Part shown: piece by piece, positions 1 through 12,282 of the stretch
How the letters are laid out: each line of letters starts with the position of its first letter
Numbering within the stretch: position 1 is the first letter of the stretch
Position numbers and translations under genes: made by a program
Source of the DNA: Botryllus schlosseri
Lineage: Eukaryota
Direction: 5' to 3'
DNA length: 64,000 nucleotides
Assembly (NCBI GenBank): GCA_051294905.1
Contig: CM119384.1
Span: forward strand, 13,206,001-13,270,000
Notes under the pieces: generated by a model
What the model was told of the DNA's origin: nothing
The model's input: only the letters and a program-made list of their open reading frames with translations
Databases searched by the model: none

Positions 1-891
1 CAAATATGACTTGACTCGGCGCTTCAGAAATGTCGATTGACTCGTGACTCGGAGCAAAATTTACGAGTCAATTTCAAGTCATCAATAAGTAAATGATGTC
101 GACTAAATCACTGTATCATGTATGTGGTCGGATAAGTCGCGATACGCCAGTGACACTCGTGAGAGCAACCAGTCTTTCACTTATTGTACGTTCCACTTCC
201 ACTGGTCCTCCATTGTTACATCCCAAATAAATTGGCCGCAAACGAAATGATCACAGCTACGTTGCTGTGGTAGTAGTAGATTAATCTAATAGTTATGTTT
301 CTTAGATGGCGCAGTGTTTACATTGCGCAGCGCTCACCTTTACCGACCTTCTTGTATGATTTAAATCGAACGAATATAGTTTATGCGTTTATATTCTCAC
401 GGTTGTGTAGATGGCTAGTGTATTTACCATATCAATCTGCTTACACTTTTCGAGGGTTCGTATTTGGTACTCTATTTTTTGCCGATAATAACAGACCGTA
501 GCATGTAACTATACAGTTACTCACGTATTGTATTAGCAGTTCTACGTGTGCGTGTGCGATGAAACGCCTTTTTGCACGTATATTTAATTTTATATTCGGT
601 ATTTGATTCAAGATAAAGGCTAATTAATCTGTCTTTCACACAGCTGTCAATATTTTTATGACTTTGAATCATCACTCATACTGCGAAAATTCAATTTGAC
701 TTGAATTGTGACTTGACTCGTGACATGACTTGACTTCACTCGACTTGGCTCGAGTCACCTCCAAAAATCGAGTGACTTGACTTGACTCGAGTCACCTTCG
801 AAAATCGATTGACTTGACTTGACTCGAGTCAAAATCCGCAATGACTCGAGATGACTCGTGACTCGAAGGTAGTGACTTGATCGCAACACTG
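1..891. mobile_element. Non-autonomous hAT-like element of the GACTCGAGTC-rich family; left end lies outside the window
   Basis: Dense GACTCGAGTC/TGACTTGAC motifs at 1-80 and 695-880. Ends in ...GATCGCAACACTG (reverse complement CAGTGTTGCGATC), similar to the termini of 2042-2970 and 41679-42257. Confidence 0.7.
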
Positions 892-904
892 GCATGATGT
901 CGGT

Positions 905-1173
905 GGCGAGATAGCGCTGTAGTATAATCTGCAGATGCAACGCCAATGGGTTGCGGGTTCGAGGCCGACCGAGGTCGAGTCCAGAATTCCTACTTTAAGT
1001 GTTGGAGGTTTATCTAGGTTTCTCCTCGCTATCTCATCCGTGTAAGTCGTGCCTTATAAAAAGTTAGAAGTAACCCGTGCTAGTAGTCGGCAGCTACGGA
1101 ATAAATTTGAGGGAAATTGGCCTGCTGTAAATAGCCATAGTCGTCGACAAACACCATGGATGCCACAAACAAC
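905..1173 (+). mobile_element. tRNA-derived SINE, copy 1
   Basis: A-box-like TAGCGCTGTAGTA, B-box GGTTCGAGGCC, body shared with four other copies, CAAAC tail. Confidence 0.9.
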
Positions 1174-1347
1174 TGCATATGCAAGATGTGGTCTGCCAAC
1201 GCGACCACATCGAATGATGATTGTTAGAATTAACCACAGCAATCGAAAGGCCATAAATAAACAATCACTGGCTTAATGCGATGTTTTCTTGGACACCAGG
1301 TAATATTTACATGAAAATATCAAGCATTCATTCGATAACGATCTTAC

Positions 1348-1473
1348 CACATCATTGTAACAAAGGTGTCTTCAAATATGGGTAAAATCGGGGATATAGC
1401 CAACACGACGGATAAAATCCACGATATAATCAGAGCTACCACGAATGCTTTGTCGGGAACCCTGGAAAACGGT
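1348..1473 (-). CDS. GPCR copy A exon, ICL2-TM4 (RPFSRVPDKAFVVALIISWILSVVLAISPILPIFEDTFVTMM)
   Basis: TTTTCAG acceptor and GTAAG donor; 126 nt, phase 2-2; same length and homologous to copy B exon 39656-39781. Confidence 0.85.
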
Positions 1474-2041
1474 CTGAAAAGAGAAATTTGGATGTTCTCG
1501 TGATTGTCATAACGCCCTTCGCACCCCACACTCGTGGTATGATAAATTATACCCACTATTATCCCTAAACGCCATTTGCTGCATTCACTGCTAAACTAAA
1601 ATGCTGCATATCGGAAACCTGCCCGTGTATAGGCAATAGTCACAGTAACTAGGCCACGATATGTGATGTTTCAAAATATATGACGTAATAATCGCATAAC
1701 TGAAAATAGTGTGATATCATCATTTCATCAGTGGTATGCTCTCTGTCTCTGCCGATGAAAATTCGAACGTGATGCTCGGTTATGGCAGGGACGGGCAACT
1801 TCTCCAGTCGGCGGGCCTGATATGGGTAAATGAAATACTTGCCGGGCCGGATTCCATAATCGGGACATTCTTCGTGTATTTATTCACCTATACCAGAAAT
1901 AAAATGTTTTAATGTAGACTTTAAGTTTAAAGTATGGAGACTAAGAACAGTATTTAATGAATTTATTATCGTATTGTACTTCAACAGCTCTTGAAGGCAA
2001 TGGTCGATGAAACTTGTGAACAAGTTCTACTAACTCCGGCT

Positions 2042-2970
2042 CAGGGTTGTAACCAAGTCACAAGGTTCCGAGTCCAAGTCGCGGAGTAGAGTGTCGAGTC
2101 CGAGTCATAGTGCTTTGACTCGAGTCCGAGTCCGAGTCATTGTGTTGACTGTTCAATTTCGAGTAAATGTCATGTTGAAATCACTTTTTACAACTCTGCT
2201 GTGTGATATCGAATGCTTTGCATTCATAGTACACTGATTATCCGCACTTTTAGCAGTTTCTGGTAGCAGTTTCAAGTACCAGTACTGATAGACGAAATAA
2301 CAACAATGTGATAACTTTACTATTCTTCGAAATTACAATGAAATGTCTGTCATGGTAGACCCGGTCTCGAGTCATATGTAGGGTTGCATTTAAAACAGAC
2401 AATGTTTTAAGACAATTTGTTTAAAACATGTCTTAAACGAATGTCTTTTTTTTTAAATGCTTTTTTTTAAGTTTTAAAATTATGCCACAATTGTGTAAAT
2501 ACTTCCAAAAAACATTTTCTATGAGCCGACGGACAATTATCACCCGATACAGCCGACGTATATCGATATGGGAGGGTTGGAACCATCAAAATAGTCGGTT
2601 CAACATTATTAGTACAGATATTTCGTCAAAGGAGCTATAGCTACATATTTGCCCTATATTTTCAATTGTCAATGTCAATCCACTATGACGTCACAATTGT
2701 ATATTGGTGACGCCATTGCTTTAAAAAAAATTAAAAAAAATAGTTTTAAATTAGGGCCTTGTTTTAAACATGTTTGTTTTAGATTGATTTTTGTTTTAAA
2801 TGCAACCCTAGTCATATGACTTGGTCCGAGTCATACGCAATGACTCGAGAACAAGTCGAGTCAATACACAAATTGACTCGAGTCAAGTCGAGTCATTTTT
2901 CATTTTTAAGAAAACGACTCGAGTCCAGTTGAGTCATGAAAAAATCGCGACTCGAGTCATTAAAAACCTG
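2042..2970. mobile_element. GACTCGAGTC-family hAT-like element nested in 1786-3203
   Basis: Termini CAGGGTTGTAA / TTAAAAACCTG; perfect TSD CTCCGGCT (2034-2041, 2971-2978). Confidence 0.9.
2379..2810. mobile_element. hAT-like MITE nested in 2042-2970
   Basis: TIR TAGGGTTGCATTTAAAAC / GTTTTAAATGCAACCCTA; perfect TSD GTCATATG. A partial relative starts near 32628. Confidence 0.92.
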
Positions 2971-3544
2971 CTCCGGCTACACGACAGACTTAAAAACCCT
3001 TAATAAAGACTTCACGTGAACATCATTTAGATTGAAGCGCAGCCTTGTCTTGTTAATAATTGCTTGCAAATTTATGTAGACTCGAACAGAACGAGTAGTT
3101 TCATGGTCATCGTTTTTCAGGTTTGCCACGTTACCATGTAAGACTAGAAACTGTCTGGGGGCCAGTCAAAATCCCGTCGCGGGCCGTATGTTGCCCGCCC
3201 CTGGGTTATGGTGATAACCATATCCCGGTGGCTTGCAGTTTAGTGCATGAACTCTCCTCCACAGGTTAAACTGTATGTATTCCACCTTCATTTGACAAGT
3301 ATGACAAGAAATCATTTGCCTTTTTTTGCGTTGAGTATTCTTTCAAGCTTTTAACAGGACAAATCGAAGTATATTTGACTCAAGATTTTATCAACAGAAT
3401 TAGAGCGATGCAGCAAGTATGTATTGAGAACGAAAACTGACATTAGCATTACGAACCACGAACCAAAACTTCTGGTCCGCACCGAATCTAGACATCATCA
3501 TCGATAACACCTAAATCGTGCATTAACTTGATATTTATATTTAC

Positions 3545-3726
3545 CTGAGTATCCCAAACACCCTTGATATTGCAATTAGCAGCATTGTAAATACTGATTG
3601 TTCCGAACCGATAAGAGATAGGGTTCCTATTGCGTCACATGGCTTGATCCATAAATGGAGTTGGTGATCTTCCGGTTTATTTTGAACAAATGCTTGTATA
3701 ACCGCACTGATTATTACAGTGTATAT
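3545..3726 (-). CDS. GPCR copy A exon, TM2 end-ECL1-TM3 (IYTVIISAVIQAFVQNKPEDHQLHLWIKPCDAIGTLSLIGSEQSVFTMLLIAISRVFGIL)
   Basis: Not in the ORF track; translated by hand. TTTCAG acceptor, AG|GTAAAT donor, 182 nt, phase 0-2. Has the conserved TM3 Cys and an SEQSV motif like SEVSV of RXFP/GRL101-type receptors. Confidence 0.88.
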
Positions 3727-5040
3727 CTGAAATTATTGGCATATAAATGAAACCATGTCCGCATCACACGTACTGTATAGTTAAATACTGAGGAGGGTGA
3801 TGTCATCACAAATACATCACAAAATTAGATTACTCTGCCATCCAGAATAACCGCATGTCTTATCGATCGGATCAACAGTAACTGTATCACCTCGATTTTT
3901 TTAAGTCATGTCAACATTATTGACCTAGTGCAATGTAGTCTGTAGTCATCATTATGGAGTTATACAATCTTATTCGTGCATGAATTTGTCTGCTGCGAGT
4001 CATAACTAGGACAAGTTTTTGTAGCACTAAAATCGCGAGAAACTTGCATTTATTATTAACAAAAGTTGCATTTATAGTTTTTGTTGAATCATTACGGTAT
4101 GAGATACTCGAAAGGTTCCGTTGTGTAGCCTCGTTCCTACAGAGCTGTTAAATTTGTTACTTTATAGCCATTTAACGCACGGTCTGGCGAAACTGCCCAA
4201 AATTACATTTTTTCAACACATAGCAAAACAATTAATCAATGCGGGAATAATATCCCCCAAAGAGCCAAACAGCATAGCTATAACCCCCTCCCCCTAAAAC
4301 AAGTTAAATAACACACACCCTAGATCTGCAAACTTGACCCAAGGCATTACAGAAAAACTCACTCTCGGTGACTTTGCCAAAAGCAATATTTTGAAAAAGG
4401 TGACTCAGTGAAAATGTAATTTTTAGCGGTCTCGCCTGGGTGCTCGTGAAATGGGTAACTATTTCAAATTTAAACGACAGAATTAATAAATCGAACTATT
4501 CACATATTGTTCGGGCACTGTCGTGCTTGGCAGGTGTAGCTGAACTTCTAGCTTGCAAGCCATTGCGTCATAGTTAACTGCGAGATGCAGCTAGCCCATC
4601 ATATAGCTCTTTGTTTTGCAAATCAAAGAGAATATAGAATCATACTGGAAATAGTTTATAGCATGTTTTTAAATGACTCCTTTACATTTTAACGCAATAT
4701 TTGAAAAATGTTGCAAAAAGTTGCACTACAAAATCCCTCCAAACTGCTTAAAACATCATAGTACATATATTCTGAGTATCTAGTAAGTTGTCGGAAGCTG
4801 TAAAAAAAAAGTTGCAAAAGTAGCAAAAACTTGCCTATAAGTCATAACACAAAATGATACAAAGAGCCTATACATCAGTGGTTCCTTTATAGCATTTGAA
4901 ATATTCGAATGTCCACAGCTTAGATTAATATGGCCAAGCATAAATCGATGAGTAACGTCGAAACACGCTCAATATAACGCATAGTACTGGAAACGATAAC
5001 TATTTAACAGTTAGTAAATATGAGTGACTTATATCATCAC

Positions 5041-5926
5041 TAGGGCGGGTTTTTTTTTTGACCTAAAAAAAAGAAAATTTTGACCTAAAAAATCCAAATT
5101 TTGAGTTTTTATGACCTAAAAAAACTGAATTTTTACCAAATTTTGACCTAACGTATGCAAATTAGGTGTTTTCCCACATAATGTTAAAATTGTACCACTT
5201 ATCTTCATTTCCGGTTGGAACTGACTGTCCTAACGAAGTAGTTTGTCCTGAAAAAGCGTTTTTGGCTTAGAAACAGGCAACTTTTTAAATGAAAAAAAAA
5301 CAATATTTTAACGAAATCTGGCCCTATGAAGAATTCCAGTGGTTACAATATGTATTATGGTAGAAATAATTAAAATAGTTTGTAGTACAACGAAAGATAC
5401 TTTCCTACATTCTTGGGTAGAAAATGCACGTCCTTACTAAGAAGCTTGCCAAGGACGTTCAACAGCAGCAGTTGTTGACTGACAACACTCAAGTTGTGCG
5501 TACACTGCTGGTGCTGGTGACACACCGTGTTGCTTCACTATGACAATGTTATCTACATCACAAATTTTCATCATGCGCTTCTTAATATAAGAATGATGCA
5601 ATGCACAAGAAGTCTTTCTTCAGTTAGGATATTGCGGTACGTTGACCATAACAACATGTCTACCTATTATTCGTTTTATTTGACCGTTTATGATTCACAA
5701 TGAGCAGACGATTTGCCGTTTACAACGGTAGGCCTATAAAATAGGCTAACAGCGGTAAAATATCAAATTATAAGTTCACCGACAATGCAAAATCTACGAT
5801 ACAAACAAAATGCAGACGTCAAAAATTTTTTGACTTCATGAAAAATTTTGACAAATTTTGACCTAACGCTACAATTTTGACAAAAATTTTGACAGAAATT
5901 TTGACATGTCAAAAAAAACCGCCCTA
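5041..5926. mobile_element. Non-autonomous hAT element (TAGGGCG family)
   Basis: TIR TAGGGCGGGTTTTTTTT / AAAAAAAACCGCCCTA; perfect TSD ATCATCAC. Inverse-orientation relative at 47919-49099. Confidence 0.92.
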
Positions 5927-5991
5927 ATCATCACTGATCAACTTATAGGCCCACAATCTGGTTTCACATTGCATAGTCGGACATATCTTAC

Positions 5992-6134
5992 CGCAACAAT
6001 GAGATCCGATATAGATAAACTGAAAAAGAATAATTTCGTAAGACGCTGCTCGGCACTAAGACGAACGGCGGCCTTGCGAAAACGTATTGTTGTGACCACA
6101 ATCACTATAGCATTCCCGATAACTCCCGCAATAC
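5992..6134 (-). CDS. GPCR copy A exon, TM1 second half-ICL1-TM2 (GIAGVIGNAIVIVV...LFFFSLSISDLIVA)
   Basis: GN motif in TM1 and LSxxD in TM2; CACAG acceptor and GTAAG donor; 143 nt, same as copy B 42439-42581. Confidence 0.85.
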
Positions 6135-6206
6135 CTGTGACGGAACATTCCATTACCATGCAAGCTTTAACCAAATTGTCCGCGGCGATTGCGGCCAAAA
6201 TACTAC

Positions 6207-6318
6207 CTATCGCAAATCCAGATGCGCGAAGTGCTGGATAATTCTTCAAGAAATCGAATCCGTATTTACCATCATTATGATGTGGGTATCCTTCGTCATA
6301 TTTGGTACATGTTTGATT
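6207..6318 (-). CDS. GPCR copy A exon preceding and entering TM1 (NQTCTKYDEGYPHHNDGKYGFDFLKNYPALRASGFAI)
   Basis: TCGCAG acceptor (5' boundary uncertain, frame stays open to about 6378); G|GTAGT donor; FDFLxxxxxLR resembles the pre-TM1 hinge of LGR-type receptors and copy B. Confidence 0.65.
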
Positions 6319-6381
6319 CTGCGAAGTAGTTGCGGTCTGATTATGATATCCTCCATTACATTTTGCGCATCGTCGATTCTA

Positions 6382-6652
6382 TTTTGTTCGGGATATTCAT
6401 GGTGTTTGTCGACTACAAGCGTCATTTACACCAGGCCGATTTTCTGCATGTTTCATTCCGTATCTTCCGACTTGTAGCACGCCTCACTTCTAGACTTTTT
6501 GTAAGACACCGCTAACGTGGATGAGATGGCAAGGAGGAGCCTAGATAAACCTCCAACATTTAGTTAGGAATTCTGGAGTCGACCTCGATCGGACTCGAAC
6601 CCGCAGCCCATTGGTATTGCAGCCGTGGATTCTACCACTGCACTATCTCGCC
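6382..6652 (-). mobile_element. tRNA-derived SINE, copy 2
   Basis: Reverse complement of the SINE body including A and B boxes and tail. Confidence 0.9.
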
Positions 6653-7281
6653 ACTTAATCGATCCGGTGAAGAAGTTGCAGTTAACACTATGTAATACAG
6701 TCTTGCAGTGTTAGTCGCTGCCTTCGAGGTAATAAAAGTTGCGTCAAGTCAAGCGAATTTTTAAAATCAGACCATCACAAATTTTCCGATTTGTCAATTT
6801 CAAGTCACCATATGTTTTCGGGTGAAGTACTTTGACTTAATGCTCGGATACAGATATAGATGCATATGGGCTAGGGCTAGCGCTAACCCCTGTCAGGTAA
6901 ATTCGCGGGGTGTAGCTTATATTTCGTGTGGCATACGTTGAGAGTTTGAATGTTAAGGTTACATTGTAAAGTAAACGGTGTTTACCGTCTGAAATGTTTC
7001 ATGGAGGCAGCGCCAACTTCAAAGGTACGTTTGCATTTAAAACAAAGATCCATTGAAATAAATAAGCTTTTACATGGTGTATTCGTTAGTATGTTTTTGC
7101 CATAAAATCCTACAGACAAACAACAACATCTGAAATTACATATGGTGCAAGTTCACGCGATTGCTTGGGAGTGAATACTTGAAAATTAGTTCTTTTATTC
7201 AAGAAATATGTTCACACGACAAAATCGCAGGGGTTTCCACGGCAGAATGCGTTGCATGGAACAACAACTGCTTGACCAGAT

Positions 7282-7573
7282 GGCGATATAGCGTATAGTG
7301 CTATAATCCACAGCTGGAACATCAATAGGTGGCGGGTTCGAGTCCGACAGAGGTCGACTGTAGAATTACTATACGTAAGTGTTTGAGGTTTATCTAAGCT
7401 CCTGCCCACCATCTCAACCGTGTAAGCGATGTCTTATATATATATTTACCTATTAAACTTGAAGTGGGTCGTGCTAGAAGTCGGCAGCTACGGAATAAAA
7501 ATGAAGAAAATTGACCTGGTGTAAATGACCATAGTAGTGGACAAACACCATGAATACCACAAACAAACAAACA
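7282..7573 (+). mobile_element. tRNA-derived SINE, copy 3
   Basis: B-box GGTTCGAGTCC, (CAAA)n tail; AACTGCTTGACC repeated at 7266-7277 and 7574-7585 (probable TSD). Confidence 0.9.
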
Positions 7574-8529
7574 AACTGCTTGACCTTTCCAAAAATCTCT
7601 CGAATGCTATATCCATAATAAGTCATGCTGCAAGAGGGGTGAATTTTCCATATCGTTCCCTCTTAAGGGTATTAATCCCAGCCTATTTGCATCCGTATGT
7701 TTTCGGGGCAATATAGCAGCTCATTTGACGAAAACGTTTCCCAATCTCTGTCTTATGCGGATCACGGAATATGTTTTAACCGGGCCTAAATAACCAACCA
7801 TGTAGCATTTTACGGCGCGGTCATCATCGTCGGAACATCCATTCGGTTCAAGTGATATATAACCGATGTGTTAACTGAAGACGATGTCTTTGGTTTCAAT
7901 CATTCCTAGCGTAAGTTCATTTCTAGCGCAAGTCGTCCGATGTTTCATACTATACATGTATTTGCCAGTATTTCGAAAAAATTTGAAAAAAATGATTTTA
8001 TTAATGTCTGAAACATTGTTCCGATCAAATGGTTTTAAAACACCTCTTGTTTTAAATGTAACACTACTACTTGTGTATAGAGGAGAATTAAGTGAATATT
8101 AATAATTGGAAGCGTGAAGACGAAATTTGCAATCAGATTTCACCGATATGGCCCTGAAAAGACCAACTAATGTTGTTGCTGAATATATACCCACCTCCTC
8201 TCTGATGCATCCTCTAACGCAAGCTTGGATGCCCTGCCCAGTGATCAAATGCGCAAAGTACATGAGTGGACGGCCCATTATAACCTTTGCGTCAACGCCA
8301 CAAAATCCAAATTTTGGCCATAAATTCCAAAACAAACCTAATTGTTAACATCGCTGGTCAGACAATTTCCGACACGGAAAATACAAATACCGCGGGGTTT
8401 TAATTTTACTGGACTCGAGCATGTCCAGGAAGAGTCACATCTAGTCGCCAAAAACAAAAGCATTACGGGACTGTAGTCTGTTTTGCAGCTTTATAGACAC
8501 TTCCTGCCGCGCTGGGTCCTTCTAATGCT

Positions 8530-9012
8530 CTTTAAATCTTCATTCTAATCGAAATTACAACATGGCATCGTCTTCTGGGGAGATTCGAATGTTAGTGCAC
8601 TCAATCCACTGCAAAACATTCAACATCAGGTCCTACGAATAATAGCCAGGGCCACAATGGGGCCAGGTTGTGCGTCCGACAACTCCCCACTCAAAAGATT
8701 CGGTGCCCTAAACATAAAACATATGTGGAATCTAGAAATTGCCAAGTTTAGATTAGATATCAGTTCCAATGTGGTCACTGCCCCGAAAATTTCAATGACT
8801 TCTTAACCTCGGTATCAAAAGTGCATAAGTACAACACACGCACGTCCTTGTCGTCCAAGTATAGTATGAGCGACGCGAAAGATCATCGCTATATCAAATA
8901 TGCCGGACCTAATGTATGGAGCAGTATATCGCCGGCCATAACTGTCAGTCGTCGAGCATTGTCCACATTCAAGTCGAAACACAAGCAATTTCTACTAAAT
9001 ACTAGTCTATAA
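8530..9012 (+). mobile_element. 5'-truncated LINE (CR1/L2/Jockey-like) ORF2 C-terminal fragment, frameshifted
   Basis: Hand translation gives LQHGIVFWG...LQ.IQ..VLRII...HKYNTR...IKYAGPNVWS...STFKSKHK, the typical post-RT tail of these clades. Confidence 0.75.
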
Positions 9013-9119
9013 TCAGCCCTATGCTTTACCGTACCACGACCTGACATATCGATCTCGCCTACCGTCACATGCCACCTCATTTTGTCGCTTGTCCTTTTAT
9101 ATTTAACTTCGATTACTTC

Positions 9120-9381
9120 CAGAGGTGGTCACAGTAGTCACTATTTCTACTCAAGTAGAAGTTAAAGTAACGCCGGAATTTCTACTCAAGTAGAAGTAGG
9201 AGGGGTGGTTCCCAATTAAGTAAGTAAGTAGGTATTCCAGTCTTATTTTTGCCTACAAAACTGAAAACTGTCAAGTAGAAATAGAAGTAGATAAACTAAC
9301 TACTTAATAAGTAGTGTGAGTAGGTAAAATCTACTTCAAGTACTTCAAAAAGTAGAAGTACTTCGTTACTGACCACCTCTG
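9120..9381. mobile_element. hAT-like MITE with AGTAGAAGT subterminal repeats
   Basis: TIR CAGAGGTGGTCA / TGACCACCTCTG; perfect TSD ATTACTTC. Confidence 0.92.
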
Positions 9382-10187
9382 ATTACTTCTCACTCAGTAT
9401 GCATGCATCCTCTTTACATCGCCTAGCCCGGGTGAGTGTCTGATCTCCAAGTCGCTTCTACACTGTCCTATTTTTTCAGTGCATCGCACATAGCAGTCTT
9501 GTGGTGTTTTGAAATGATGAAATATTAATTATTATCAGAACTAAACTGAAGCAGAGCCTTTTTACCATTCAATTACGTGATAGAATGCTAAACATATTGT
9601 AAAACTGGATTGCGTACAACTACAGCTCTTTCTCAAAAAATCCATGCAAGTGTTCAGTGTGGACTCGGGTATCCCTCATTGTTGGCCCTCTTAATTCTTA
9701 TTTGCAATGTGATGTATAGGCAATGTGCGTTATTAAAAATATGTAATGCACATATCTTCAACTTTTTGGGTCTTCAAATATAGTTTCATACCAACGATAC
9801 TTATTGATTATATGTATGCAGCATTGCATCGATATTATATTGTCAGTCAGTATGTGAATGTGCGACTCAGTGCCGCTGTGACATTCATATTGATTTGAGA
9901 AGTAGAATATACAATGGCTTTAACATTAAATCCTAGGTACGAGTCATTTCACATTTCTCATACGTCGAGACCGAGTCAGGTAAAGTGATGGTAGTGTGCC
10001 CAGAGTCGGGTCAAGCCATTCAAAAAACGTGACTCGAGTCACATCATGCTATGCATACCAAAATTTATTTTCGTTTCTTACCTCATTTCTATAGTACACA
10101 ATACAAGCGACATTTTCCTCCCACCGTGCGTTAAGTAAGCTTGTATCATTCGTTTCACCTCTAACAATGTATATAAAAAGATCATAC

Positions 10188-10265
10188 GAAAGAGTTCATC
10201 GCAACAATATAGATTATGAAGAAGATTACTGCCGTTCTAACAATTATCTTACGATCTGTAATCAT
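10188..10265 (-). CDS. Candidate signal-peptide first exon of GPCR copy A (MITDRKIIVRTAVIFFIIYIVAMNSF)
   Basis: ATG, basic n-region, hydrophobic core, then GTATGA donor; correct strand and upstream of copy A exons. Linkage to the gene is unproven. Confidence 0.3.
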
Positions 10266-10421
10266 CACGATGCTGGCTCCAAAAATTTGTTGACATACAG
10301 GCCGACTATTGTACAACAAAAACCTGTGATCAACCTATATGATTAATATAGTTATCTATTTTTAGGTATGGGGATTGTAGACGTCATGCCACGCAGAAAC
10401 TATAAATTACACGTTGATTTC

Positions 10422-10692
10422 GGCGAGATAGCGCAGTGGTATAATCCGCGGCTACAACACCAATGGGTGCGGGTTCGAGTCCGACCGAGGTCGACTTCCG
10501 AATTTCGATACCTAAGTGTTGGAGGTTCACCTAGGCTCCTCCTCGCCACCTCATCCGTGTCAGCGGTGTCTTACAAAAGCCTAGAGGTGGGCCGTGCTGT
10601 AAGTCGGCAGTTACGGAAAACAGAAGAATATCGGCCGGGTGTAAATGACCATAGTAGTCGATAAACACCATGAATACCCAAAACAACAAACA
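10422..10692 (+). mobile_element. tRNA-derived SINE, copy 4
   Basis: A-box TAGCGCAGTGG, B-box GGTTCGAGTCC; perfect 13-bp TSD ACACGTTGATTTC (10409-10421, 10693-10705). Confidence 0.95.
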
Positions 10693-10884
10693 ACACGTTG
10701 ATTTCAGTATCAGATCAAGCGTGGTCAGTGCCCTGACAATATTTGCAACGTTTTACTTAAGTCTTTCGCCGTTCATACGCCAAACACCCACGGACATGCA
10801 TGCTCGCCGTGCATTTGTCACGTCATTAGTGTAAAGTGCAGAATTAAGAGTATTCTTTCTTCGTACTAGGTGAAACATCTAGAG

Positions 10885-12282
10885 CAGTGGTTCCCAACGT
10901 GGGCGATACCGCCCCCCAGGAGGCGATTTATCGGTCCAGGGGGGCGAAAATAGCCAAGGGGGCGATAGGGGGGCGAAAACAGACGAAGGGGGCGATAGGG
11001 GGGCGATGGCGCGTTGAAATGGCTATATTGGCGTCCATGACCGTAACTGCCACACCCGAACCCCCAATTGAGATGGGGGCCCGAGCTCGAAGGGGGCCCG
11101 AGCTCGAAGGGGGCCCGAGCTCGAAGGGGGCCCAAATTTTTTCCTGAATTAACAATAATTATAGAGTATTATTTTGGAAATCCAGGCAACATTTTCAAAA
11201 AAAATTCGCGCTGTGCGCCATTTCGTGGTCACATGTTTCTTGCTTATTGGATACTCTTCCTCCAAAACATAATACGCAAGAGGTATGGAAATGGGCATCT
11301 CGGCGTCAGCCATTATCACACCATGACGCACGAAGACATATGAAGTTTCGGGCCATGTAACATGCGACTCCGAGAAGTGTGCCAGAACGAGAAAACCTTG
11401 GCAGAAAGGACTGCCTTTATGCTGACCGACTTCGATATATATGCGATATACATATATATCTAATTGTCCACAGGCGCCTAAATAGCTGCGGGCGCCAAAT
11501 TTTCCTGTCCTGTCCGATCAGAACCCCATAAAAAAATGCCATCTCGAAGAGAACAATTAATTGTCATTGCAAAAATACCAATTTGAAATCGTATGCGTCT
11601 TTTAGTTTAGTAGCCTACGTATGGGCGATATTTGAATATCTTTTGACATGGCAGACAGGCCACGAAATGTCATTACGTAACGAAGTCATTATACCCACGG
11701 GTCCGCCTGAATATGTTCAATTATTATTTACGGGCCCTACATTTTCCAAGTCACCTCACTCAGCTTTACCGGTAAATCTGAATACATGAGCAGAGAGAGG
11801 ATAAAAAATCAACAGCAATATAATATATTCCCGATCATATTGACCGATTCAATCATAAATGATATAAAATTTTCGCGCTTCGCGCGAATTAAGCTGATTA
11901 ACTGAAGAGTCCAATAATTTGTGCTGAGAAGTAGCGGTAAAGAGGTAGCGGGGGAGTTGGGTCTGAGGGGTGCAGAAGTTTGCTTTATCACCCTATGGAG
12001 GGGGTCAAGACCAACGTATTGGGGGGGGGGGCTGACGAAGTGCTGTTACGGTCCTTTTGGAATCAAGTCGGAGAAATCACCTTTTTTGTTAGTCAACTCA
12101 CCAAAATTTAGCTGGAAAGGTGTAATTTCGTGGTCGAGCCGAAAAGTTGACCTTTTTTCTTAGTCAACTCGCCGGTGATTTCAGTCTGTATGCCCATTTT
12201 TGTGTTCCCAATATTTGGGGGGCGATGATCGGTGTGGAGTTTGAAAAGGGGGCGATGAGTCGAAAAAGGTTGGGAACCACTG
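10885..12282. mobile_element. hAT (Buster/Charlie-type) MITE
   Basis: TIR CAGTGGTTCCCAAC / GTTGGGAACCACTG; perfect TSD ATCTAGAG. Confidence 0.93.
11036..12056. mobile_element. ~1-kb CAGGACCG-family TIR element nested in 10885-12282
   Basis: Termini CATGACCGTAAC / GTTACGGTCCTT; flanks TTGGCGTC / TTGGAATC; homologous along its length to 38714-39609 and 45690-46544. Confidence 0.8.

Larger units (their letters stand above)
1786..3203. mobile_element. hAT (Buster-type) MITE hosting two nested elements
   Basis: Termini CAGGGACGGGCAAC / GTTGCCCGCCCCTG; perfect 8-bp TSD GGTTATGG (1778-1785, 3204-3211). Confidence 0.9.

Noticed and set aside
905-980. Functional tRNA genes at the SINE heads
   Set aside because: A and B boxes are present but there is no acceptor-stem closure, and each continues into a shared 200-bp body with tail and TSD.
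4143-4480. piggyBac-like MITE
   Set aside because: Imperfect inverted repeats are visible but the TTAA TSD and termini cannot be defined.
6740-6835. LDLa-like KICDG on the minus strand
   Set aside because: No following DCxDxSDE, an in-frame stop soon after, and no good splice sites.
8099-8335. Homology between this ORF and the candidate exon at 43356-43490
   Set aside because: Only scattered identities (IQA, DC) with inconsistent spacing.
10866-11343. Gly/Pro-rich ORFs
   Set aside because: They derive from GC-rich MITE subterminal repeats. The same applies to ORFs at 755, 2821, 36431, 47633, 53453, 57554 and 62579.
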